Source of the DNA: Macrostomum hystrix
Taxonomy: Eukaryota > Animalia > Platyhelminthes
NCBI GenBank assembly: GCA_950097015.1
Contig: CATNEN010000034.1
Span: 4,960,001-5,024,000, forward strand
Direction of reading: 5' to 3'
Length of the DNA: 64,000 bases
A model generated the notes under the pieces. That model was given only the letters and a program-made list of their open reading frames with translations. It searched no databases and had not been told where the DNA came from. Of the stretch, positions 1-11,045 are shown in pieces. The number at the start of each line of letters is the position of its first letter. Position 1 is the stretch's first letter. The position numbers and the translations under genes were made by a program.

Positions 1-126
1 ATGTAGTTACAGGAATATATAGTCCTGCAGCTGCATAAACGCGTAATGTCCTTTTTTAAAAAATCAAGTTTGTCTATTCTCTACGTCGTACTCGTACATT
101 TGTAAAGGTCGTTCATAAGTCTAGAT

Positions 127-561
127 CAGGGGTCGGCAAACTCCGGCCCGCGGGCCAGATGCGGCCCTCGAAGCTCCCAAATGCGGCCCGTTGCCCCTTC
201 TGACATCTACAGCGTCCTGTTTCATCTCTCTCGTGTCTAATCTCCCCCGTGTCTCATCTCTCCCGTGTCTCATCTCTCCCGTGTCTAATCTCTCCCGTGT
301 CTAATCTCTCCCGTGTCTTATCTCTCCTGTGTCTCATCTCTCCCGTGTCTCATCTCTCCCGTGTCTAATCTCTCCCGTGTCTAATCTCTCCCGTGTCTCA
401 TCTCTCCCGTGTCTAATCTCTCCCGTGTCTCATCTCTCCTGTGTCTCATCTCTCCCGTGTCTCATCTCTCCCCTATCTCATATTTATACAGTCAATGCGG
501 CCCGCTGTCGTCTGTTAGGTTCTCTCTTTGGCCCGCCAGCAAATAAGTTTGCCTACCCCTA
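127..561. mobile_element. Non-autonomous hAT (Charlie-type) MITE with internal 16-bp minisatellite
   Basis: TIRs are CAGGGGTCGGCAAACT (127-142) and AGTTTGCCTACCCCTA (546-561). There is a perfect 8-bp TSD GTCTAGAT at 119-126 and 562-569, matching the NTCTAGAN preference of Charlie-type hATs. The interior (~223-478) is a TCTCCCGTGTCT(C/A)ATC array. Confidence 0.9.
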
Positions 562-1899
562 GTCTAGATAATACTCCTGTATGCATATAGTAGCGCATAT
601 GATTAGTTTTAGTGCATCCAAAGCATGCATAAAAAACGGAAGCATAGAATTGTTATTGGCAGAGTATTTAAAGGCAGACAGGAAGCACAGGAGCTGTCTT
701 ATCAGGGCGACAATATGCAGTGTGAATATTACTGCATCGGAAATGCAACATTCAATCCGTCATTGTGTAATCATAGCTTCTTTTTGGAAGTTCCCTAATT
801 ACAGTTTCGTTTCCTGAATGCAGCTTTGCTAGACGGGATGAGAGAGGTAAATTCGTAGTATGAAATATTAGTACTCGTTTTGTTTGCTAAACGGATAATT
901 TAAAAGAAATGCAGGCCAGGAAAGAGAAGACTCACGTCCATTAAACTTTAGGGCTGAAGTTTGCAAAGTCCTGGGGCTAAGATCAATATTATCTTATGAA
1001 AGCTTTTATATTATGGTCCATATCAGTACGCGCTTTTTAATCCAACTTCAAAAACGGAAGAACTACTTGTGCAGTGTAGCGCGTTCTGAATTTCGCGTAT
1101 ATTAAACAAACCTTCAGTAGTACGCAATAGAACATGCAGGCATTTGCACAAATATAAGAGGATTTAAAACTTGACATCAAAATTAAAAAATCAAACCAGG
1201 TAAGCCCTTCATTGAAGTTTCGGTCAGCGGCTAGCGCCCGCTACTCTTTTTGGTCAAATACAAAGTATGCAAATGCAACAGCGAAGCACAAAAAGTTATT
1301 AAATACGGTATACGTGTAGACAATTTTTAACAACTATGGATGAATATGGATAGATCAACGCTTTAGTGCAGATGTAGCTGCGAATATTTTTTATGTAAAA
1401 ATTTTTATATAGTTTAAAGCTTTATCAAGTTTCAGGTCGTTTTCGTTTATTTTTTTGTTCATAGAAAAGCATTGTTTCCAAGTTTCAAATGCAGCTGAGT
1501 TCAAATAATTTTTTTTGTTTAAGGAACAATATTACAATTTTGTTTTGACAATGCTTAGGATTACACTATCATTATGATTTCAATTCATTATAGTCTCATT
1601 ATGGTTTCGTACCCTTCACTGGTGTTAGAATTAAACTTGCCTTTAAAGGTTATTAACAATGTGTTTCAGATCCAGCCTTTAAATTATACTGTTCAATAGG
1701 GGTTTTCTCCTTTTTAACTTTGTGATCTCCAACTTGTAGCTTGTAGCTAAAGTTTAAAAGGCTGTTCCACAATGTTTTTTGCTTTAAAATTTGTATTTTT
1801 TCAGTGGCAAAAGTTGATCATTTTATTACATGAAGCACATATTTGTGCTAGGCCCTACAAATATAATGTGCTATAAAACCCTTTAGGTATAAAATCTAT

Positions 1900-2634
1900 G
1901 GATCCTAGGCATATCGTCATCTTACAACTTTGTCATCTTACAACTTCGTCATCCACTTGGAAGGTAGGACACTTCGTCATCCAGCCAATTGGCATGCTTT
2001 AAAGTTTGGTCAGTTCGTCATCTACTAATAACAAGCAATCAAGTTTGTCATCAATAAAGTGAGGGTGGGTGGTGGGGCAGAGGTGTGAACACACTTTACA
2101 CTCTAAATAGGCAAAAAGAGGTGTCAAAACTGATTTCATTATAAGATTTGAAAGATAGGTGCCAACACGATGTGACTCGTGAGGAGGTGGGGAGGGGTCA
2201 TACATGCGCAACCTCCCAAATCTTAGGCTCCGGCCTTGCGACTTAGTTTTTGCTCTCATTTGCAACTTAGTTCATTTCATTGCTCTATTTACAACTTAGT
2301 TTGCTCTCATTTGCTCTCTTTTTCTCTCCCCTTTTTCCTTTTCGTCATGCCTTCCATTTTTGTCCCTTGGTCCCCCCTTTGATTTTTTTGCGCTTGGTTG
2401 ATTGGTTTTTGCAACTTACTTGCTGTGCCCTCGTTTCACCCGGCCGGTTCGGCCGGGTTGGCCGGGTGTTGCGCATGTATGGGAGGGGTGGTTCTGTTTT
2501 AACTTTGAAAACTTTTGTTTTATAGATGACGAAGTGTCCACAAGTCTAAGTCTCTTCGTCATCCACCCTCTGAGATATTGGACAGATTGTCATCTGGATG
2601 ACAAAGTTGTAAGATGACGAAGTGTCCAGGTACC
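1900..2634. mobile_element. Non-autonomous Mutator-like (MULE) MITE
   Basis: 38-bp imperfect TIRs (32/38 identical, inner 24 bp TCGTCATCTTACAACTTTGTCATC perfect) with GG...CC ends. There is a 9-bp TSD AAAATCTAT at 1891-1899 and 2635-2643, plus subterminal (T/C)GTCATC repeats. No transposase ORF. Confidence 0.8.
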
Positions 2635-4139
2635 AAAATCTATAAATGTCGAAAACGCCTAGACATGCACTGTATAAATGAAAAGGATTAATAAAAGTGG
2701 ACTTTAGCCTAGCACCTAGAACCTGGAGCATAACACAATGTGTAATTGTTGGACAGTTTATACCTGTCTTCATGGCCAGTCCATGTCCCTGCTGGCAGCC
2801 CTTTTCTAGCAGCAGTTAAGAAGGAAAAGTGCTTTACAACAATCCTAAAATTGTTGCGCTGTCTGTGGATAATCTTTTTCCCAGCTTTTCCCATAGGGAA
2901 AATATATAGCATAAATTGAGGTGTCATTTTTGTCTATTAAAACTAGGAAAATGAATATTCTACTTCTGTAATTCTAAAATTAATGTGTTTTTAATTTAAT
3001 ACTATTTGATATTGGGTGCCATGCCTTTTGGTGCCAGTACATTTTGGTATCAGGCATCTCAGTACCAGTCAATGTTTTATGGTACAGCTGTTGGGATGAG
3101 GATTGCCTTTTGGTACTATGTGGTCATTAAGTATAACAAAAGTTAGTAAAATATTGCATTGGGAACAAATTGCATTGGATACCAAAAGCCCTCCCCATCC
3201 TAGGAGCTGTACCAAAAAGCACTGCCTTATACTAAAATGCCCTGGTACTGAAATACATAGAATCTTTACTATTCCCCTATTAGTCTGTTACATCATAACA
3301 ATTGCAATTGCTATGCCACATCTGATCAGTTTATAAAAAGAGGTGTACATCCCTTTTGCATTTTTTCTATTAGTTGCATTGTTATTTTTTAATTATATTT
3401 GTTCTCTAATTTTTATACAAAAATATTGCTTAACATATTTCAAGCTAGCACAAATAAAAATGTTTTTTTATTTTTATTTATTTAATATATTCAAATTACC
3501 TAAGAAATATTTATTAGATATTTCTTTTCAAAGGCTTTTAGCTTTTGGGTTAGGCTAGGCTAATGGCCTACCTACATGTTTTCCTATGGCTAGGTCATAG
3601 CCATAGCAATACTAGAACAAACATCTAAGTGATTTGGCATGACAAAAGTAGCTGGGTCTAAAGTTGTTTTGAATATCTTGCCAAAGACAAGTCATAAATG
3701 TTTATGTATGTATTTATATGGAATGTAATTATTAATATTCATTTTTAATTAGTCAATAATTGAATTTTGAATTTTTGGTCAGCTAGCTACTCTTGACTGT
3801 CAATTTTTTACAGCCTGTGTTTGGTTTATAGAGCCATTTTTACAGTTGTTTGACAATAAGGAAAATAAATATGAGGAGGAAAAAAGGACTAGCATTCCAT
3901 AGTTGGGTTCATGTAATTATTTTACAACTATTAAACCTAATAAAAGTAAATTATTATGATTTATTTAATATACGAGCGTATTAATTTTTTTAACCTGAAT
4001 ATACATATTTTAAGTAAGCCTTATGATTTACTACATGTACCAATCACCATCTATTGATTCTCAATTGATTCTCAATGTTCTAAATTGTAATTTTATCAGT
4101 AGAAAAGTACAAAATGATAATCTAAAAAAATTGTTTCAG

Positions 4140-4922
4140 TCCCTGCAGCCAGCAGTAGATTTGGTGTCCCTTGACTGGGTTGCCTACTGGGGCTGTCTAA
4201 CACACGCCCTGGTGACAGAGAGCGAAGAGATTATGGGCCTCTGTCTGGGCGAGATATTGTCAACCTCAGATGCCAGCTCAGCCTCAGCAAATAGCGGCGT
4301 CACTCTGGAGATCCTGGCCTTCATGCCGCTGTTGCGGGTCGATAAGCGAAAAGATCGCGTCGAGATCGAGCCCGACCAGCTGGTGGAGGCCACACACAAA
4401 GCCGAGGAGCTCAGCGCCCAGCTTGGCAGGACGGTTCGCGTTGTTGGCTGGTATCACAGCCATCCGCATATCACAGCCCTGCCTAGTCACGTAGATCTAG
4501 CCACCCAGCTTAGCTATCAACAATTGGCTGACACATTTGTTGGCCTGATCTTTGCTGCTTATAGCGGTCACGAGCGAGGCCAACGGTGCCAGGCTTTGTG
4601 CTTTCAAAACTATCGCGGCTCCTGCGCCTACATACCATTGCGTGTGCGACCGCCCCTGACAGCAGCCGCTTCTGCTGAGAATGCGTCGGCTGTGATTGCG
4701 CTGCCTCGCCTGCTGTTTCAAGAGGAGCAGAGAGAGTTTCAGCAGCAGCAGCAAGGCACAAAGTCTAAAAACAGCGCACCCAAGGCTGATGGCGAAGGTG
4801 CTGAACTCGCGCCGGCCTGCGCCTACGCCTGCAACGTGGGTTCCATTGTTGATAGGCTGGTTTGGCCACTGATTCAAGTGGCTCGAGACAGGCGAACCGA
4901 TAAGCAGCGAGATGTCGATTGA
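4140..4922 (+). CDS. BRCC3: BRCC36-like Lys63-specific JAMM/MPN+ deubiquitinase (no genomic ATG in this exon)
   Basis: Motifs EEIMGLCLG, RVDKRKDRVEI, VVGWYHSHPHITALPSHVD (intact JAMM H-x-H...S..D) and FVGLIF match BRCC36. The exon begins after acceptor TTGTTTCAG (4139) in phase 0. The ORF-track extension 4023-4139 is AT-rich non-coding-like sequence. AATAAA overlaps the TGA stop. Confidence 0.9.
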   Translation, partial: SLQPAVDLVSLDWVAYWGCLTHALVTESEEIMGLCLGEILSTSDASSASANSGVTLEILAFMPLLRVDKRKDRVEIEPDQLVEATHKAEELSAQLGRTVRVVGWYHSHPHITALPSHVDLATQLSYQQLADTFVGLIFAAYSGHERGQRCQALCFQNYRGSCAYIPLRVRPPLTAAASAENASAVIALPRLLFQEEQREFQQQQQGTKSKNSAPKADGEGAELAPACAYACNVGSIVDRLVWPLIQVARDRRTDKQRDVD

Positions 4923-5026
4923 ATAAACTCATGCTAATCACTATAACTATTGTGTCCAGGCCTGCCTAGGCAATAGTAGGTGTGTTTTGGGACTTTGAGC
5001 CATAGAGTAGAAATATAATAATCCAT

Positions 5027-5178
5027 CCCATTCCACTCACTCCTGAGCACACACGCACACAGGTTTGTAAACCTGCCCCGACTTTCTCATCGTCAGGCAG
5101 TGTAGACTCTCACTGTGCCCTGGAGTTTGACCCTTAAGGACGTAAATTGCACGACAAGCCCCCCAAGCCTTCTCTCCG
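5027..5178 (+). repeat. Dispersed ~150-bp element, copy 1 (homologous to 45255-45435 on the - strand)
   Basis: Shares ACTCCTGAGCACACACGCACAC, CTGCCC.GACTTTCT, GGCAGTGTA, TCTCACTGTGCC and CGTAAATTGCACGACAAGCCCC with the reverse complement of 45255-45435. Confidence 0.8.
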
Positions 5179-5468
5179 TCCTTCCCAATCCAAAATCTAG
5201 ACTGACTCATTACCATTCAACACCCCTTAATATTACTTATTCCGCGTTCTATTTTTTTAAATATCTGAATTTTAGTAATATTGTGGTTAACTTGAAATTG
5301 TCTGACCAGCTTCACAGAAATCTGGATTATTAGTGTTTTATATGAAAATTGTTGCTAATAAATAGAAATCTGCCAGTAAATTTCATGCTGTTTTTATTTG
5401 CCTTACTTGGTATGCTTGATTTATTTACTGCATTTTCATAGGATTTTTTGTTTACATAAATTTAATTT

Positions 5469-5997
5469 AGGTCTGACCTCCTCCCGTCATTGTTGTCTGA
5501 CATAACTTAGTAATTGGAGTCTGACCTCCTCCAGTCATTGGGGTCTGACCTCCCCCAGTCATTGGGGTCTGACCTCCCCCAGTCATTGGAGTCTGACCTC
5601 CTCCAGTCATTGGAGTCTGACCTCCTCCAGTCATTGGAGTCTGACCTCCTCCAGTCATTGGAGTCTGACCTCCCCCAGTCATTGGAGTCTGACCTCCTCC
5701 AGTCATTGGAGTCTGACCTCCCCCAGTCATTGGAGTCTGACCTCCCTGAGTCATTTAAGTCTGACCTCCATCAGTCATTGGAGTCTGACCTCCTCCAGTC
5801 ATTGGAGTCTGACCTCCCCCCAGTCATTGGGGTCTGACCTCCCCCCCAGTCATTGGAGTCTGACCTCCTCCAGTCATTTAAGTCTGACCTCCATCAGTCA
5901 TTGGGGTCCGACCTCCCCCAGTCATTGGGGTTTGACCTCCTCCAGTCATTGTGGTTTGACCTCTGGCTCTGACCTCCCTCAGTCATTTAAGTCTGAC
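5469..5997. repeat. 24-bp minisatellite (GTCATTGGAGTCTGACCTCCTCCA), ~22 copies
   Basis: Direct tandem periodicity; ends ~50 bp upstream of the tetraspanin ATG. Confidence 0.95.
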
Positions 5998-6044
5998 ATG
6001 CCCAAGACACACACCCGCTACCCGCAGCCGTCAGCAGTAACCAG

Positions 6045-6974
6045 ATGGCCGGCAAACCGAATCGCCGCAGCGGAGGCGCCGCCAATTACAGCCGATCGTC
6101 AGCCGCCGCCTCCGCGGCCGCTCTCCGCCCGGTTGGTCGCCGGACCAATTTTGTTAATCCGTGTATCAAATATGCTCTCTTCTTTTTCAATTTCATCTTC
6201 TGGCTAGCCGGCACTGGCATCTTGGCCATCGGCATCATTGCCACGGTTATGAAGAAGGACGCCTTCGCTTCTGACAAAGGCGGTGTCCAAGATGTCTTTA
6301 GCGTTCTGTTCGACGCCACTCTGGTGTTCATTGCTTTCGGCGCCATTGTCTTCTTGCTGACTTTCGCAGGCTGCCTGGGGTCTCTTCGCGACAATGTCTG
6401 CCTGTTGAAATTCTTTGCCCTGTCATTGTTTGTCATCTTTCTCATAGAGTGCTCAGCAGCTATAGCCGTGTTTGTGCTCAAAGATCGAGCCATAGAATAC
6501 ATGGAGACTGTGCTTAAGTCCAATATGATCACGATGTACAGAGAGGAGAGATACGAGGACACTCAGAACTTTATCGATTGGTACCACAAGAACCTGGCCT
6601 GCTGCGGGGCGGCCTCTTATCGCGACTGGAGCGAGAACAAGTACTTCGCTTGCACCACCAACAATACCAGCCCAGAGCGCTGCGGTGTTCCATTCTCGTG
6701 CTGTAAGAAGATGAACGACATTGACGATCGTTGGATTAACACAATGTGCGGCTATCATGTCATGGGCCAGTCCGAACAACCAGACGATCGCATATGGACT
6801 ATTGGCTGCGTCTCGGCAACTAGGAAATACGTTGAAAAGAATGTACTACCAGTGGCCGGCGTGGCTATTGGCGTGTCCGTAGTCCAGTTGACTGCTATAT
6901 TCTTGTCCCGGGTGCTGGCTGGTCAAATCCAGGACCAGGTCACTCTGTTGAGACGCACCGGAGAGATGGCCTGA
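6045..6974 (+). CDS. Tetraspanin, TspanC8 subgroup (TSPAN5/14/17/33-like), single exon, 309 aa
   Basis: Four TM segments. The large extracellular loop has CCG, ERCGVPFSCC and 8 Cys in total, the TspanC8 signature. FAGCLGSLRDN follows TM2. Confidence 0.92.
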   Translation: MAGKPNRRSGGAANYSRSSAAASAAALRPVGRRTNFVNPCIKYALFFFNFIFWLAGTGILAIGIIATVMKKDAFASDKGGVQDVFSVLFDATLVFIAFGAIVFLLTFAGCLGSLRDNVCLLKFFALSLFVIFLIECSAAIAVFVLKDRAIEYMETVLKSNMITMYREERYEDTQNFIDWYHKNLACCGAASYRDWSENKYFACTTNNTSPERCGVPFSCCKKMNDIDDRWINTMCGYHVMGQSEQPDDRIWTIGCVSATRKYVEKNVLPVAGVAIGVSVVQLTAIFLSRVLAGQIQDQVTLLRRTGEMA

Positions 6975-7033
6975 CTAAACGGTAGACATTGCGGATAGAT
7001 CTATAGATCCAATCTATGAACACTGTTGCTTTC

Positions 7034-7362
7034 TAGATGCAATCGATGTAGATTGTTGATAGATTTCTAGATGCAATCGATGTAGATTGTTGATAGATTT
7101 CTAAATGCAATCGATGTAGATTTTTGATAGATTTCTAGATGCGATCGATGTAGATTGTTGATAGATTTCTAGATGCAATCGATGTAGATTGTTGATAGAT
7201 TTCTAGATGCAAACGATGTAGATTGTTGATAGATTTCTAGATGCAATCGATGTAGATTGTTGATAGATTTCTAGATGCAATCGATGTAGATTGTTGATAG
7301 ATTTCTAGATGCAATCTATGTAGATTGTTGATAGATTTCTAGATGCGATCGATGTAGATTGC
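7034..7362. repeat. 34-bp minisatellite (TAGATTTCTAGATGCAATCGATGTAGATTGTTGA), ~10 copies
   Basis: Direct tandem periodicity just 3' of the tetraspanin stop. Confidence 0.93.
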
Positions 7363-8159
7363 TGTTTGTAACTACCGTCGCAGGGTGTCCTAATACAATC
7401 TATATTTTTCTACTATCTGTGTCGGGTCGCACTGTATCTTGAACAAAGAGTTTTAACAGCTTGCACACAATCCTTAGCCCTGTAATACTTGCACACTTTC
7501 ACTCGAGTATGTGTTTATAAAATTTCCAAACCCATGTGCTACAATTAATTGATTTATGCCAGAAAATTTTAACGAGCTGTCTTGTATTATAATTAGAATG
7601 AGGCAAAGATGAGGAATTTACACTCCCTCCCTGTAAATCAATGTGAAATTTACAAGTGTTATTGCTGCTGATGCTTTGCTTTTACACTGTCGACTTGATG
7701 CTTAAGTTTTGTTAATGCTACAGACATTTCATAGTGCCACTCTAACGCGTACAAGATTAAATTTATTCAATTCTTTTGAATCAGATTTGTTCACACCTGA
7801 TATAGGATTGCTATAAAACAGTTAAAAATGATTAAAACTCATTCGATTTTTTTGCTAACTGCCTGCCGACAGCTCCAACAATCTTATTTCTAGCTTAATT
7901 GTTTTTTGTTTGCTAACAAGTTTCCTAAATTCCTAATTGTTACCTATTTCTACACAATGTTATCTGCCTGAGGATTCTATTCGATGGATTAGCTAATCTA
8001 ATATATTTCAGAATTCTATGGATTAGCTAATCTACCAAACGATAGTCATTCTAAGGATTACTCGATCCACTTTTAGACTCCATTCTAGGGATTAATTAAT
8101 CTGCCTTAGGAATACATACTGTTGATTTTTTCTATCTTAGGATTAATTTGACTGCTTAG

Positions 8160-8820
8160 TTAGCTTACCTGAGGATTCCATTCGAGGGATTAGTTAATCT
8201 ACCTGTGGATTCCATTCGAGGGATTAGTTAATCTACCTGTGGATTCCATTCGAGGGATTAGTTAATCTACCTGTGGATTCCATTCTAATGGATTAGTTAA
8301 TCTACCTGATGATTCCATTCGATGGATTAGTTAATCTACCTGATGATTCCATTCGATGGATTAGTTAATCTACCTGATGATTCCATTCTAATGGATTAGT
8401 TAATCTACCCGAGGAATCCATTCTAATGGATTAGTTAATCTACCCGAGGAATCCATTCGATGGATTAGTTAATCTACCTGATGATTCCATTCGATGGATT
8501 AGTTAATCTACGTGAGGATTCCATTCAATGGATTAGTTAATCTACCTGATGATTCCATTCGATGGATTAGTTAATCTACCTGAGGATTCCATTCGATGGA
8601 TTAGTTAATCTACCTGATGATTCCATTCGATGGACTAGTTAATCTACCTGAGGATTCCATTCGATGGACTAGTTAATCTACCTGAGGATTCCATTCGATG
8701 GATTAGTTAATCTACCTGATGATTCCATTAGATGGATTAGTTAATCTACCTGAGGATTCCATTCGATGGATTAGTTAATCTACCTGATGATTCCATTCGA
8801 TGGACTAGTTAATCTACCCG
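8160..8820. repeat. 34-bp minisatellite (GATTCCATTCGATGGATTAGTTAATCTACCTGAT), ~19 copies with degenerate flanks
   Basis: Period measured between GATTCC starts at 8311 and 8345. Confidence 0.93.
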
Positions 8821-9243
8821 TGAATTTCGTTCTAAAATTAAATCAATCTTTCCGAGGATTCTGTTTTAGGGGATTACAATAATTTTATCTAACTGAGCGC
8901 ATTGTAACTAAATATTTGAAGTTGTTATTCGGGCACGATTCGAACATTTTTATGCAATCGAGCTGTTGTGACTGTGAATACTGATCTGCTAATTAATTCA
9001 TTGTAAGCAAATTTTTTTCGGAATTAAGTGTCTAACGTTTTTAGTGAATGTTTGCCTTTCAATACTCTCTATCCTCTTACGGAACGCATGTCAAGTAATG
9101 GATTTTCGTTACCTAATTCGAAAAAGCTAATAAAAAACTTTCTACTTTGCAAAGATTTTAATGCACGCATTAATTAAACAGCTAAAGCTGACATGACATT
9201 CACCTTGCAATTCAGTTATTCCTTTGACAACCCAGTTCTCCCT

Positions 9244-10668
9244 AAAAATCCCTGATCCTTTAGTGCTGCTTCCACAAATCCCTGATCCTTCAATGCTGCT
9301 TCCACAAATCCCTGATCCTTCAACGCTGCTCCCACAAATCCCTGACCCTTCAATGCTGCTTCCACAAATCCCTGATCCTTCAACGCTGCTCCCACAAATC
9401 CCTGACCCTTCAATGCTGCTTCCACAAATCCCTGATCCTTCAATGCTGCTTCCACTAATCCCTGATCCTTTAGTGCTGCTTCCACAAATCCCTGATCCTT
9501 CAATGCTGCTTCCACAAATCCCTGACCCTTCAATGCTGCTTCCACAAATCCCTGATCCTTCAATGCTGCTTCCACTAATCCCTGATCCTTTAGTGCTGCT
9601 TCCACAAATCCCTGATCCTTCAATGCTGCTTCCACAAATCCCTGACCCTTCAATGCTGCTTCCACAAATCCCTGATCCTTCAATGCTGCTTCCACTAATC
9701 CCTGATCCTTCAATGCTGCTTCCACAAATCCCTGACCCTTCAATGCTGCTTCCACAAATCCCTGACCCTTCAATGCTGCTTCCACAAATCCCTGACCCTT
9801 CAATGCTGCTTCCACAAATCCCTGATCCTTCAATGCTGCTTCCACTAATCCCTGATCCTTTAGTGCTGCTTCCACAAATCCCTGATCCTTCAATGCTGCT
9901 TTCACAAATCCCTGATCCTTCAATGCTGCTTCCACAAATCCCTGATCCTTCAATGCTGCTTCCACAAATCCCTGGTCCTTCAATGCTGCTTCCACAAATC
10001 CCTGATCCTTCAATGCTGCTTCCACAAATCCCTGATCCTTCAATGCTGCTTCCACAAATCCCTGACCCTTCAATGCTGCTTCCACAAATCCCTGATCCTT
10101 CAATGCTGCTTCCACAAATCCCTGATCCTTCAACGCTGCTTCCACAAATCCCTGATCCTTCAATGCTGCTTTCACAAATCCCTGACCCTTCAATGCTGCT
10201 TCCACAAATCCCTGATCCTTCAATGCTGCTTCCACTAATCCCTGATCCTTTAGTGCTGCTTCCACAAATCCCTGATCCTTCAATGCTGCTTTCACAAATC
10301 CCTGATCCTTCAATGCTGCTTCCACAAATCCCTGATCCTTCAATGCTGCTTCCACAAATCCCTGGTCCTTCAATGCTGCTTCCACAAATCCCTGATCCTT
10401 CAATGCTGCTTCCACAAATCCCTGATCCTTCAATGCTGCTTCCACAAATCCCTGACCCTTCAATGCTGCTTCCACAAATCCCTGATCCTTCAATGCTGCT
10501 TCCACAAATCCCTGATCCTTCAACGCTGCTTCCACAAATCCCTGATCCTTCAATGCTGCTTTCACAAATCCCTGATCCTTCAATGCTGCTTCCACAAATC
10601 CCTGATCCTTCAATGCTGCTTCCACAAATCCCTGATCCTTCAATGCTGCTTCCACAAATCCCTGACTT
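9244..10668. repeat. 30-bp minisatellite (CCTGATCCTTCAATGCTGCTTCCACAAATC), ~47 copies
   Basis: Tandem periodicity; accounts for the 10-aa repeat ORFs on both strands. Confidence 0.95.
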
Positions 10669-11045
10669 ATAAGTCCTTCAAAGGACGTTTGGTTCTGTTT
10701 CGAGCATATGTAAAGTAGTGCAAGATGAATAAATGATAAGTTCATCCATATACTCGTACAGAGTGATGAAATATTAATCACTAAGCATGGAACTCGTAAG
10801 GGAGAATAATTCATCATCTAATCTTGGAGTTAGAGCTGGTCTACTAGCTGGTTCTATGCTAGTTGACATAAGGCTGATTCAGTTGCTATGCCAGCCAAAT
10901 ATTATTGTGTACCAGGAAGGAATGATTGGAAACGACAGAGGTATAACTTGAGTATGATAGATTTTTGCAAGGATAGCACTCACGATCCTGTGAGTACCTG
11001 AAACGCTGCCTGTGTGTAATTAAATAGTTCGTGTGACACGTACAA

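Noticed and set aside
4023-4139. N-terminal extension of BRCC36 from the ORF track (MIYYMYQ...)
   Set aside because: AT-rich, no similarity to BRCC36, and it ends in a canonical acceptor exactly where homology begins.
9216-10817. 533-aa and 482-aa ORFs on opposite strands (QGFVEAALKD / MLLPQIPDPS repeats)
   Set aside because: They are translations of a 30-bp minisatellite that happens to lack stops in these frames. Substitutions show no codon-position bias I can see, and there is no non-repetitive domain.
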